Shown here: piece after piece, positions 1-7,559 of the stretch
Numbering within the stretch: position 1 is the stretch's first letter
How the letters are laid out: each line of letters opens with the position of its first letter
Source: an uncultured Thermococci archaeon
GTDB lineage: Archaea > Methanobacteriota_B > Thermococci > Methanofastidiosales > B48-G16
Length of the DNA: 11,005 nt
Direction: 5' to 3'
NCBI GenBank assembly: GCA_964595645.1
Contig: CAZQQT010000014.1
Span: forward strand, 1 to 11,005
The notes under the pieces: model-generated
Seen by the model: the letters and a program-made list of their open reading frames with translations, nothing else
Database searches by the model: none
Told to the model about the DNA's origin: nothing
Made by a program: the position numbers and the translations under genes

Positions 1-55
1 TGGAGGTCTGCAGATCCTTCAAAATTTTTCCAAATTTCTCTGTTCTCGATGCCAT
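1..55 (-). CDS. 5' fragment of a CDS running off the window edge; possibly a Roadblock/LC7 (MglB-like) domain protein
   Basis: ATG at 55-53 reads MASRTEKFGKILKDLQTS..., open to the edge. It is preceded by a GTGAT RBS-like motif (64-60) and a TTTTAAG TATA box (97-91) with an A-rich BRE. The N-terminal pattern resembles Roadblock/LC7 proteins, but only 18 codons are visible. Confidence 0.5.
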   Translation of the reverse strand, partial: MASRTEKFGKILKDLQTS

Positions 56-90
56 ATTGATCACGTCTTGTTACTCTACTGTAGTATACA

Positions 91-107
91 CTTAAAACTT
101 TTTCTTT
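91..107 (-). promoter_or_regulatory. Archaeal TATA box with purine-rich BRE for the edge gene
   Basis: Minus strand reads AAAGAAAAAG-TTTTAAG about 36 nt upstream of the ATG at 55. Confidence 0.5.
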
Positions 108-305
108 CACACAACAAGAGAACATAGAGCTCTTCCCAACAACAGAGTTAATATGTTTCCCATCTTTACGCTAGTCTTTCAGTAGCCACCCCTTGTATCT
201 TTCCTCAGATTTAGAAAAGAACATTTTACGCCCTATTATTTACAGTAAACAAGAAACAACATGAATATTCTCTGGATGTTATTGCCAAGAACTAGAAATA
301 ATCAT

Positions 306-310
306 AAAAA
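306..310 (-). terminator. Oligo-U tract, probable archaeal terminator of the ncRNA
   Basis: AAAAA on the + strand (UUUUU on -) immediately after the last ANA motif. Confidence 0.4.
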
Positions 311-499
311 TTTTGCCCATCACACTAACACGGAATGTCATCGGTTAGGGGATCCTCTCTCAATCCGCTACTCTCATGTGGGGCTTTTCTGTGTCATGCT
401 TATCCGTAATCATCAATCATACGGCGGGATCATGACACAGTCTCCCCCTTGATTTGCTCCGATTATCATCGTTTCAAACCGGTCCTCTTCCAAGGGGTT
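311..499 (-). ncRNA. Putative three-hairpin archaeal box H/ACA pseudouridylation guide RNA
   Basis: Three consecutive minus-strand hairpins, each with lower stem, internal loop, upper stem and UGA...AUGA K-loop/K-turn, followed by an ANA triplet. HP1 (497-445): CCCCUUG-gaagagga-CCGGUU-ugaaacgaugau-AAUCGG-agcaaau-CAAGGGG-g-AGA. HP2 (440-389): CUGUGUCAUG-aucccg-CCGUA-ugauugaugau-UACGG-auaag-CAUGACACAG-AAA. HP3 (384-315): GCCCCACA-ugagagua-GCGGAU-uga...augac-AUUCCGU-guuag-UGUGauGGGC-AAA. In all three, 15 nt separate the upper stem from ANA. A TATA box lies upstream (528-521) and a U5 tract downstream (310-306). Confidence 0.85.
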
Positions 500-514
500 A
501 CTACATTATAAGAC

Positions 515-537
515 AGGAAAATTTAAAAACTTTTCCT
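515..537. promoter_or_regulatory. Bidirectional archaeal promoter (TATA flanked by inverted BRE-like elements) serving paaK (+) and the H/ACA RNA (-)
   Basis: AGGAAAA-TTTAAAAAC-TTTTCCT: a perfect 7-bp inverted repeat around a TATA readable on both strands. Expected starts (~22-24 nt from the box) fall at ~499 (-) and ~552 (+). Confidence 0.65.
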
Positions 538-564
538 CAAATATAGAAAAAAGGAGGGGCTTTT

Positions 565-1854
565 ATGGAAGAACCGTACTGGAACAAAAAAATCGAAACA
601 ATGGATTTTGATGAGTTGAGAAAACTTCAATTAAAAAGACTGAAGGCGGTAATAAAAAGAGCATATGACAACAATGAGTTCTACCGCAGAAAATTCAAGG
701 ATGCCGGGTTAAAACCTGGAGATATTAAAACACTTAACGATGTGCAAAAAATTCCGTTCCTCACAAAGGACGAACTGAGGAAGTACTACCCATTCGGGCT
801 GTTGTGCACTCCTCTAAATAAGGTTGTGGAAATACATGCATCCTCAGGTACTACTGGAAAACCTGTGGTGGGGACATATACTCAGAATGATCTTGATGTG
901 TGGGGAGAGGTCATGGCACGGAGTATGTACACTGCCGGCGTGCGAAAGAACGACGTATTCCAGAATGCCTATGGCTACGGACTATTTACTGGAGCCCATG
1001 GATTTGAGAAAGGAGCACAGCGGATCGGTGCAACGGTAATTCCAATGTCCAGCGGGAACACGCTAAGACAGTTGCAAATGATGAAAGATCTCGGAACTAC
1101 CTCCATTGGCTGCACGCCTAGTTATGCAGTGTATATGGCCGAGGTAGCAGAGAAGGAGGGATACGATATAGAAAAGGACTTCAAGCTTGAAAGAGCACTG
1201 TGCGGTGCCGAAGCGTGGTCTGATGAGATGAGGAAGAACCTTGAAGACACGTGGGGTATCTCAGCTTTTGACAACTACGGTCTGACAGAGATTATTGGCC
1301 CCGGTGTCTCTGTGGAATGTGCACAACATAATGGACTCCATATCAACGCCGATCATTTCTATGTGGAGGTCATCGATCCGAAAACGGAAGAGGTGGTAGA
1401 ACCTGGTGAGAAGGGAGAGCTCGTCTTTACCACACTTACCAAGGAGGCCTTCCCCTCAATTCGGTTCAGAACAAAGGATCTCTCCAAACTCATTGTAGAG
1501 GAGTGTGACTGCGGCCGAACACTCCCCCGACATGTGCGGATTCTGGGAAGAGCCGACGATATGATGAAGGTGAGGGGAGTCATTGTGTTTCCCAAACAGA
1601 TAGAAGAAGCTATCATGAAGACGGAAGGGGCCAGCGAAAACTATCAGATCGTAAAATACAAAGAAGGGCCGATGACACGATTAACTGTGAACGTTGAACC
1701 CCGAAAGGAGTTTAAAGGTGATAGAGAAGCACTGGCAAAAAAGATTCAGGAGCGGATCTATGGAATCCTCAATCTCACAGTTGAGGTTGACATTGTTGAT
1801 ATCGGCGATATTCCACGATCAACAGGGAAAGCAAAACGTGTAATCGAAAAATAA
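565..1854 (+). CDS. paaK: Phenylacetate-CoA ligase family (AMP-forming acyl-CoA ligase)
   Basis: HASSGTTGKP AMP-binding loop, YGYGLFTG, CTPSYA, GAEAWS, YGLTEIIGPG, IRFRTKD, GRADDMMKVRGVIVFP and C-terminal GKAKRV. GGAGG RBS at 553-557. Confidence 0.92.
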   Translation: MEEPYWNKKIETMDFDELRKLQLKRLKAVIKRAYDNNEFYRRKFKDAGLKPGDIKTLNDVQKIPFLTKDELRKYYPFGLLCTPLNKVVEIHASSGTTGKPVVGTYTQNDLDVWGEVMARSMYTAGVRKNDVFQNAYGYGLFTGAHGFEKGAQRIGATVIPMSSGNTLRQLQMMKDLGTTSIGCTPSYAVYMAEVAEKEGYDIEKDFKLERALCGAEAWSDEMRKNLEDTWGISAFDNYGLTEIIGPGVSVECAQHNGLHINADHFYVEVIDPKTEEVVEPGEKGELVFTTLTKEAFPSIRFRTKDLSKLIVEECDCGRTLPRHVRILGRADDMMKVRGVIVFPKQIEEAIMKTEGASENYQIVKYKEGPMTRLTVNVEPRKEFKGDREALAKKIQERIYGILNLTVEVDIVDIGDIPRSTGKAKRVIEK

Positions 1855-1874
1855 AAATAAAAAGAAATAAAATT
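1855..1874 (-). terminator. T-rich tract (minus strand) between convergent paaK and satP; probable satP terminator
   Basis: AAATAAAAAGAAATAAAATT on + gives oligo-T runs just after the satP stop. Confidence 0.4.
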
Positions 1875-2426
1875 TTAAAGGGGCAAGATATTCTTGTCCC
1901 ATGTTTCATTTATTAGAAGCGCAGCAGATGTGTAGAGTGCTGAAAGTGCACAGAGAATCCCTTCATATCCTGCTATTTTGTGTATTGTGGCATTGAATTC
2001 TCCTGCGGCAAGCAGGAAGAATAGTATTGTCAGTGTGAGGAACACTGTCTGCGATGTTCTTGTTAACTTTAATGTGCCAATAAACATATACGCAGTAAAT
2101 ATCCCCCATGCTGCCAAAAAGACTGCCAATCCTTCCTTTGGCACGGTGGCAATTGTGCCGTTATTCTCGAGTAGTACCATTGTACCCAGTGCAATCCAGA
2201 AGGCACCGTATGAGGAGAATGCGGTAGATCCAAATGTGTTTCCTTTTTTAAACTCCCACATTCCCGCTACAAACTGCGCCGTTCCACCATAAAAAATACC
2301 GAGGGGCAGTACCATTCCTATACTCTCTGCAGGCACAATCCCTGCGTTTACAATGTTCAGCACTAGTGTCGTCAGTCCAAATGCTGCCAATCCCAATGGC
2401 GCGGGATTTGCTATTTCTTTTTCCAT
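1875..2426 (-). CDS. satP: Acetate uptake channel, GPR1/FUN34/YaaH (SatP) family
   Basis: Signature ANPAPLGL, plus FYGG.AQ..AG, GNTFG...FSSYGAFW and about 6 hydrophobic helices. AAGGAGG RBS upstream. Confidence 0.93.
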   Translation of the reverse strand: MEKEIANPAPLGLAAFGLTTLVLNIVNAGIVPAESIGMVLPLGIFYGGTAQFVAGMWEFKKGNTFGSTAFSSYGAFWIALGTMVLLENNGTIATVPKEGLAVFLAAWGIFTAYMFIGTLKLTRTSQTVFLTLTILFFLLAAGEFNATIHKIAGYEGILCALSALYTSAALLINETWDKNILPL

Positions 2427-2548
2427 TTACCTTCCTCCTTCAATTTTTTGTTTTGAAGTGCGATTTTCTAAGAGTGACCATCGGCTATTCTGTATCATAC
2501 TTGCTCATGGACAACTCTTATACTGCACGCACATGTTTTCTTTTGGAC

Positions 2549-2556
2549 TATTTAAA
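2549..2556 (-). promoter_or_regulatory. TATA box (TTTAAATA) upstream of satP, implying a ~100-nt 5' leader
   Basis: Consensus-like TATA on the minus strand; the predicted start ~2525 lies just before a hairpin at 2520-2469. Confidence 0.45.
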
Positions 2557-2571
2557 GGTAATGCTACGTAG

Positions 2572-2913
2572 TTACAGGTTTTTTCGTATCGCATCCAACC
2601 GTTCCTTTGTGTCCGGTACCATTTCAAAGAACTCACTCAGCTTTTCACATGCGTACTCGTCACAATGTGCACAGTTCATCACATCCTTTTCGCGGGCACA
2701 TTTTCGTATTTCACAGACGTTGCAGTGGCGAAAAACTCTTTCGTTGCTGAGACATCCATCACAATTGATATCTTCTGGTTTTATGTCCGCGTTAAATTCT
2801 TGAGACCATGTTTCAGCAGTTTCTTTTCTTTTTGCATTGTCATCTTCCTGTGTTGCAATGTACGCCGGACAGTCGCTACAGGATAACCCACAATATGCGA
2901 TTATTTCTGACAT
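2572..2913 (-). CDS. Cys-rich DUF3795-like putative metal-binding protein
   Basis: YCGLSCSDC...CDGC...CNVCEIRKC...CAHCDEYAC cysteine pattern. TATA (ATTTAAAT, 2935-2942) ~22 nt before the ATG and no RBS, so probably leaderless. Confidence 0.8.
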   Translation of the reverse strand: MSEIIAYCGLSCSDCPAYIATQEDDNAKRKETAETWSQEFNADIKPEDINCDGCLSNERVFRHCNVCEIRKCAREKDVMNCAHCDEYACEKLSEFFEMVPDTKERLDAIRKNL

Positions 2914-2978
2914 GGCACGTGTTATTTTCCAAGAATTTAAATCTTTTTATTACATACCGAAAAAAGATCCTCCCCGGA

Positions 2979-4316
2979 CTATGTAATATTATCTACCACT
3001 TCTTTTACCGTATTCAACCCAAACTCTACAAGTTTTTTTGCCTCTTTCTTATCTTTTGATTCAGAGTAGCATCGGATTATCGGTTCTGTTCCAGAAGGGC
3101 GGATAATAAACCATCCTTTATTCGTGAATGCCTTTACCCCGTCTGTTGTATCTTTCTTGTATTCTCCAAGTTTCTCCTCAACTCTCCGAATTACTTTTTC
3201 CTTATATTTGTTCTCACAGGATGTCTTTTTTTTGTATTGATAGTACGTGGGAAGCTCATCCATCAATACGGATAATGGTTTTTTCTGTTCAGAGAGTATT
3301 TCCGCTATCTTTAATGTGGCGAGATCTCCATTTTTACCCGGAACAAAATCAGGGAAGATAACACCGCCGCTCTCTTCACCCCCGATGATTCCATTGGATT
3401 CCAATAGCTTTCTTGCCACGATGAGATCACCAACTTCAGTCCGTATCACGCGATCGCCTGCTACGTCATCTATCACCTGTGAGGTGGCAACCGTGGTTAC
3501 TACGGGTCCTTCTCTTTCTTTCACGTAGTGCTTCACCAGCAGTGCAAGGGATCGATCTCCCCGGATAAAATTACCCTTCTCGTCGACAAACATGGCCCTG
3601 TCCGCGTCTCCATCGAAGGCCATTCCAAAATCTGCACCAATACTTTTCACCGTTTCCTTAAGAGCTGTCACGGTTTCAGGCGTGGGTTCCGGACTTCTCC
3701 CTGGAAATGTTCCATCCATATGCCCATTGAGCGTGATAACCTTACAGCCAACTGTTTCGAGAAGGTACGGCAGCGTGCGAGATCCGACACCATTTCCACA
3801 GTCCACGACCACGGTGAGATCCTCTATTTTCTTCGTATTCACAAAGGAAAGTACACTTTCAAAGTATGCATTAAGCACATTTCTTTCTTCTACTTTCCCT
3901 ACATTTTTCCAATTTTTCAGATTAAATTCTTCTTTTTTTATTTTTTCTTCTATAATGGGCTCTTTTTCTTTTTTTAATCCCATACCATTCGGTTCCAGCA
4001 ATTTTATTCCATTGTATTCTGGGGGATTATGGGATGCCGTGATCATGACACCACCTACAGCATCCAATGATTTCGTTGCGAACATCGTTACAGGTGTAGG
4101 AACGGCGCCAACGTCTATTACATCCACACCACAGGAGATGAGTCCAGAGATAAGCGTGTCAGTGAGCATTTTATTCGACGTTCTTCCATCACAGCCTACT
4201 ACTACTGTGCCATCCTGCAGAAACGATCCGAAACTCATCCCCATTTTTAACGCGAGTTCCGGTGTAATTTCTTTATTCACTATACCTCTAATCCCAAATG
4301 TCCCAAATAGACCCAT
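2979..4316 (-). CDS. Alpha-D-phosphohexomutase (phosphoglucomutase/phosphomannomutase; GlmM superfamily), 445 aa
   Basis: True start is MGLFGTFGIRG at 4316, not 4478, which would overlap the divergent gene. Catalytic ITASHNP, metal-binding FDGDADR, sugar-binding GEESGG and phosphate-binding IRPSGTEP motifs are present. Confidence 0.92.
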   Translation of the reverse strand: MGLFGTFGIRGIVNKEITPELALKMGMSFGSFLQDGTVVVGCDGRTSNKMLTDTLISGLISCGVDVIDVGAVPTPVTMFATKSLDAVGGVMITASHNPPEYNGIKLLEPNGMGLKKEKEPIIEEKIKKEEFNLKNWKNVGKVEERNVLNAYFESVLSFVNTKKIEDLTVVVDCGNGVGSRTLPYLLETVGCKVITLNGHMDGTFPGRSPEPTPETVTALKETVKSIGADFGMAFDGDADRAMFVDEKGNFIRGDRSLALLVKHYVKEREGPVVTTVATSQVIDDVAGDRVIRTEVGDLIVARKLLESNGIIGGEESGGVIFPDFVPGKNGDLATLKIAEILSEQKKPLSVLMDELPTYYQYKKKTSCENKYKEKVIRRVEEKLGEYKKDTTDGVKAFTNKGWFIIRPSGTEPIIRCYSESKDKKEAKKLVEFGLNTVKEVVDNIT

Positions 4317-4337
4317 ACAACGAGAGGGGAAGAATAT

Positions 4338-4345
4338 TTTATAAA
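4338..4345. promoter_or_regulatory. Palindromic TATA box (TTTATAAA) between the divergent mutase and nucleotidyltransferase genes
   Basis: Located 22 nt from the mutase ATG (leaderless spacing) and upstream of the GAGGTGA RBS (4367-4373) of the nucleotidyltransferase. Confidence 0.6.
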
Positions 4346-4377
4346 CTTTGGGTATATAACAGTAGCGAGGTGAGCAC

Positions 4378-5280
4378 ATGAAGACAGTAATAATGGCAGG
4401 AGGATACGCCACAAGATTAATGCCGTTGACTGAAAATAAATCAAAACCGTTGCTCCCTGTTGCAGGGAAACCTATCATAAATTATATCATTGAGAAGATC
4501 CCCCAGGATGAGATTATCGTCACGACAAATGAAAAATTTAGAGAGGAATTTGAGAAATGGGAAGCAACAGTGGACAAGAAGATAGATCTCGTGATAGAGG
4601 AAACAAAAAAAGAAGAAGAAAAACTTGGAACTGTCGGGGCAATAAATTACCTTATCAATAAGAAAAATATAGATGAGGACCTCCTTGTCATTGCAGGAGA
4701 TAATATTCTGGAGTTCGATTTCAGTGATTTTATCGCAACTTACGATGGTAGCACTCCACTCATCGCGCTCTTTGATATTGAGGATAAGGACATGGTGAGG
4801 GGTAAGTACGGTGTTGTTCTGCTTGAAGGGAATAACGTGACAGGGTTCCAGGAGAAACCACAAAAACCCAAATCAACGTTAGTGAGTGTGGGGTGTTATA
4901 TCTACCCACAAGATGTCCTTCCGCTCTTTTCAGAATTTTTACAAGAGGCAGATGCATCACAAGACGCACCAGGATATTTTAATCAGTGGCTCAATGAAAA
5001 GAAACCGATGGATGGATTTATTTTCCATGGAGACTGGTTTGATATAGGTGATAGAAAATCGTATATAGAAGCCAATATGAACTACTCAACGAAAGAAGAT
5101 TATATCGCGAGAGATGCTGAAATTGTGAATTCCACCGTGAAAAACTCCGTGATCCTGGAAAATACGAAGATCATCGATTCTTCTGTAGTAGACTGCGTAA
5201 TTGATAAGAACTCCTACCTCGAAGGCATCGAACTGGAAAAGTGCATTGTAGGAGAAGGGACGAAGATCCGAAAAACATGA
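4378..5280 (+). CDS. Sugar-1-phosphate nucleotidyltransferase (NDP-sugar synthase) with a short C-terminal beta-helix-like repeat region
   Basis: IMAGGYATRL..LT...KPLLPVAGKP, LGTVGA, LLVIAGDN, YGVV, FQEKP and WFDIG motifs; C-terminal I/V-rich repeats. RBS GAGGTGA. Confidence 0.9.
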   Translation: MKTVIMAGGYATRLMPLTENKSKPLLPVAGKPIINYIIEKIPQDEIIVTTNEKFREEFEKWEATVDKKIDLVIEETKKEEEKLGTVGAINYLINKKNIDEDLLVIAGDNILEFDFSDFIATYDGSTPLIALFDIEDKDMVRGKYGVVLLEGNNVTGFQEKPQKPKSTLVSVGCYIYPQDVLPLFSEFLQEADASQDAPGYFNQWLNEKKPMDGFIFHGDWFDIGDRKSYIEANMNYSTKEDYIARDAEIVNSTVKNSVILENTKIIDSSVVDCVIDKNSYLEGIELEKCIVGEGTKIRKT

Positions 5281-5290
5281 TGCACTGAGC

Positions 5291-5303
5291 AAAAATTTTT
5301 AAA
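5291..5303 (+). promoter_or_regulatory. Possible BRE/TATA for the trehalose operon
   Basis: AAAAA-TTTTTAAA about 54 nt upstream of the ATG at 5357; GGAGTGA RBS at 5344-5350. Confidence 0.45.
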
Positions 5304-5356
5304 CCTCTTCATAAGAGAAAGCATAACAATTATTGTCTTGTCTGGAGTGAATAAAT

Positions 5357-7555
5357 ATGGAACGATTACTGATTGTGTCGAACCGATTACCCGTGACTGT
5401 CAAGAAAAAAGAGGATGAGTTCGAGTTTAGTGAAAGTATTGGTGGGTTGGCCACTGGGCTCAGTTCCTTTTATGAATCGCGTAATAGCAAATGGATAGGA
5501 TGGAGTGGGATTCCTTCCGAAGAATTAACGAGAGATGAAGAAAATACTATCAAAAAGAAATTAACTGAAGAATTTAGCAACTACCCTGTATTTTTGTCTG
5601 AAAATGACGTTAATAAATATTACTATGGCTTTTGTAACAAGACGATCTGGCCACTGTTTCACTCCTTCACTCAGTATGTAGAGTATGACAGTGAGCTGTG
5701 GAATGCATATAAACGAGTAAATGAAATTTTCTGCAACGAGGTGACGTACATTGCAGAGCCAGAGGACACTCTATGGATCCATGATTATCATTTGATGCTT
5801 CTTCCAAATCTTGTCAGAGAAAAAATACCGGATATTACCATTGGATTCTTCCTCCATATCCCCTTTCCACCCTTTGAGATATTTCACTTGCTTCCATGGC
5901 GGGATCAAATCTTACAGGGTCTTTGGGGAGCAGATCTTATCGGATTTCACACATATGACTACGCCCAGAAATTTCTTAGCAGTGTCCGAAGGTTGTTGGG
6001 ATATGAACCTGTGTTGGGGAAAACAATCGCTGAGGATCGAGTAGTAAAGGTTGATAGCTTCCCGATGGGAATAGATTACGATCGATACGAAAGTGCAGTA
6101 ACTGATTCAGAAGTACAAGAAGAAATTACGCGAATTCATGATGAAGTAGGACATCACGACATCATTTTATCCATGGACAGATTAGATTACACGAAAGGTA
6201 TACTTCAGCGCTTAGAGGCGTTTGATTATTTCTTAGAGAAAAATCCAGAGTATAAGGAAAAAGCAACGCTTATGCTGGTAGCTTCTCCTTCACGCACACG
6301 GGTAAAGCATTATCAAGATCTCAAAAAGCAATTAGAAGAACGCATTGGACGAATCAATGGGAAATACGGGACCATAGAATGGACACCCGTGCGGTACATG
6401 CATCAGGTCATCCCGTTCAAGATACTTATCGCTCTATACAAGATTGCGGACGTAGGGCTCGTGACCCCCCTGAGGGATGGGATGAATCTGATGGCAAAGG
6501 AGTTCCTCGCAACGAAAACTGATGGAAAGGGTGTACTGGTTCTTAGTGAAATGGCAGGTGCAGCCAAAGAAATGGGAGAAGCACTGATAGTAAATCCAAA
6601 TAATAAAGAAGAAATTGCGGAAGCACTAAAAAACGCACTCTCCATGCCAGAAGAAGAACAAAAAAGGCATAATAGAGCAATGCAAAAGAGATTAAAGCGT
6701 TATGATGTTGTACGGTGGGCAAATGATTTTATGGATCAGCTTAATCGAGTAAAAGAAATGCAGGAAGATCTTGAGGTAAGGAAGCTCACCCATAATATGA
6801 AAAAGAAACTACTCACAGAGTACCAGGAGAGTGAGAGTCGACTGGTACTTTTGGACTATGATGGTACACTTGTTCCCTTTGAGAAGAAACCGGAAGAAGC
6901 ACGTCCCGATAATAATCTTTTAACAATACTCGAAGCGCTATGTCACGACGAAAAAAATCATGTGGTAATTGTGAGCGGACGGGATAAAAATACACTCGGA
7001 AGATGGTTTGCAAATCTCGATGTAGCGTTAATTGCAGAACATGGTGTCTGGATTAGAGAAAGAGATGGAGAATGGGAGATGATAGAAAGCCTGGAAAACA
7101 ACTGGAAGGAAGAAATACGACCGATTCTTGAGCTTCATGTTGATAGAACACCTGGATCTTTTATTGAAGAGAAGGAGCACTCCCTCGGGTGGCACAGTCG
7201 GAGGGTGAGCAATCACAAACTACGTTCTGTGAGATCCCGGGAGCTCAAAGAATCCCTCGTTGAGCTTACCGCCAATCTCGGCCTCAAGGTCCTTGAGGGA
7301 GATAAGGTAATTGAGGTGAAGCATCAAGGTGTTGATAAAGGACGAGCAGCAAGAAAATTCCTTTCTGAGAAGGATTGGGATTTTATTATGGCTATTGGAG
7401 ATGATTGGACAGACGAAGATACATTCAGTGTGCTCCCAGACTCGGCGTATTCTATAAAAGTTGGACTACAGCCTTCAGAGGCTAACTACAACATTCCTTC
7501 TGTAAATGATGTAAGGTCATTACTGAAAGAGATACGTGAAATAGAAGGAGAGTAA
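5357..7555 (+). CDS. Bifunctional trehalose-6-phosphate synthase/phosphatase (GT20 OtsA domain fused to HAD-IIB OtsB domain)
   Basis: GT20 motifs [35 protein letters not shown] and LRDGMNL. HAD motifs [19 protein letters not shown] and GDDWTDE. Confidence 0.95.
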   Translation: MERLLIVSNRLPVTVKKKEDEFEFSESIGGLATGLSSFYESRNSKWIGWSGIPSEELTRDEENTIKKKLTEEFSNYPVFLSENDVNKYYYGFCNKTIWPLFHSFTQYVEYDSELWNAYKRVNEIFCNEVTYIAEPEDTLWIHDYHLMLLPNLVREKIPDITIGFFLHIPFPPFEIFHLLPWRDQILQGLWGADLIGFHTYDYAQKFLSSVRRLLGYEPVLGKTIAEDRVVKVDSFPMGIDYDRYESAVTDSEVQEEITRIHDEVGHHDIILSMDRLDYTKGILQRLEAFDYFLEKNPEYKEKATLMLVASPSRTRVKHYQDLKKQLEERIGRINGKYGTIEWTPVRYMHQVIPFKILIALYKIADVGLVTPLRDGMNLMAKEFLATKTDGKGVLVLSEMAGAAKEMGEALIVNPNNKEEIAEALKNALSMPEEEQKRHNRAMQKRLKRYDVVRWANDFMDQLNRVKEMQEDLEVRKLTHNMKKKLLTEYQESESRLVLLDYDGTLVPFEKKPEEARPDNNLLTILEALCHDEKNHVVIVSGRDKNTLGRWFANLDVALIAEHGVWIRERDGEWEMIESLENNWKEEIRPILELHVDRTPGSFIEEKEHSLGWHSRRVSNHKLRSVRSRELKESLVELTANLGLKVLEGDKVIEVKHQGVDKGRAARKFLSEKDWDFIMAIGDDWTDEDTFSVLPDSAYSIKVGLQPSEANYNIPSVNDVRSLLKEIREIEGE

Positions 7556-7559
7556 CTGT

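Noticed and set aside
108-300. AT-rich intergenic stretch with a short repeated TTTACGC
   Set aside because: No ORF, stem or periodicity that I can support; short repeats are expected by chance.
389-440. Reading hairpin 2 as a box C/D sRNA (GUCAUGA...AUGA-u-UGAUGA...AUGA)
   Set aside because: The D boxes are non-consensus and the supposed guides pair with each other. The H/ACA model explains all three hairpins with consistent spacing.
261-452. 63-aa ORF on the + strand
   Set aside because: No RBS or recognisable motif, atypical composition, and antisense to the structured H/ACA-like RNA.
311-499. RNase P RNA, SRP RNA, tRNA or CRISPR array
   Set aside because: Lacks their conserved motifs, a cloverleaf fold or regularly spaced direct repeats.
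2366-3059. Overlapping + strand ORFs (145, 72, 73 and 83 aa)
   Set aside because: Antisense to satP, DUF3795 or the mutase, with no motifs or RBS.
3592-4344. 250-aa antisense ORF within the mutase
   Set aside because: Ser/Thr/Pro/Phe-rich shadow frame of a real gene, with no independent signals.
4317-4478. 54-aa N-terminal extension of the 499-aa mutase ORF
   Set aside because: Overlaps the divergent nucleotidyltransferase and its promoter; family homology starts at MGLFGT.
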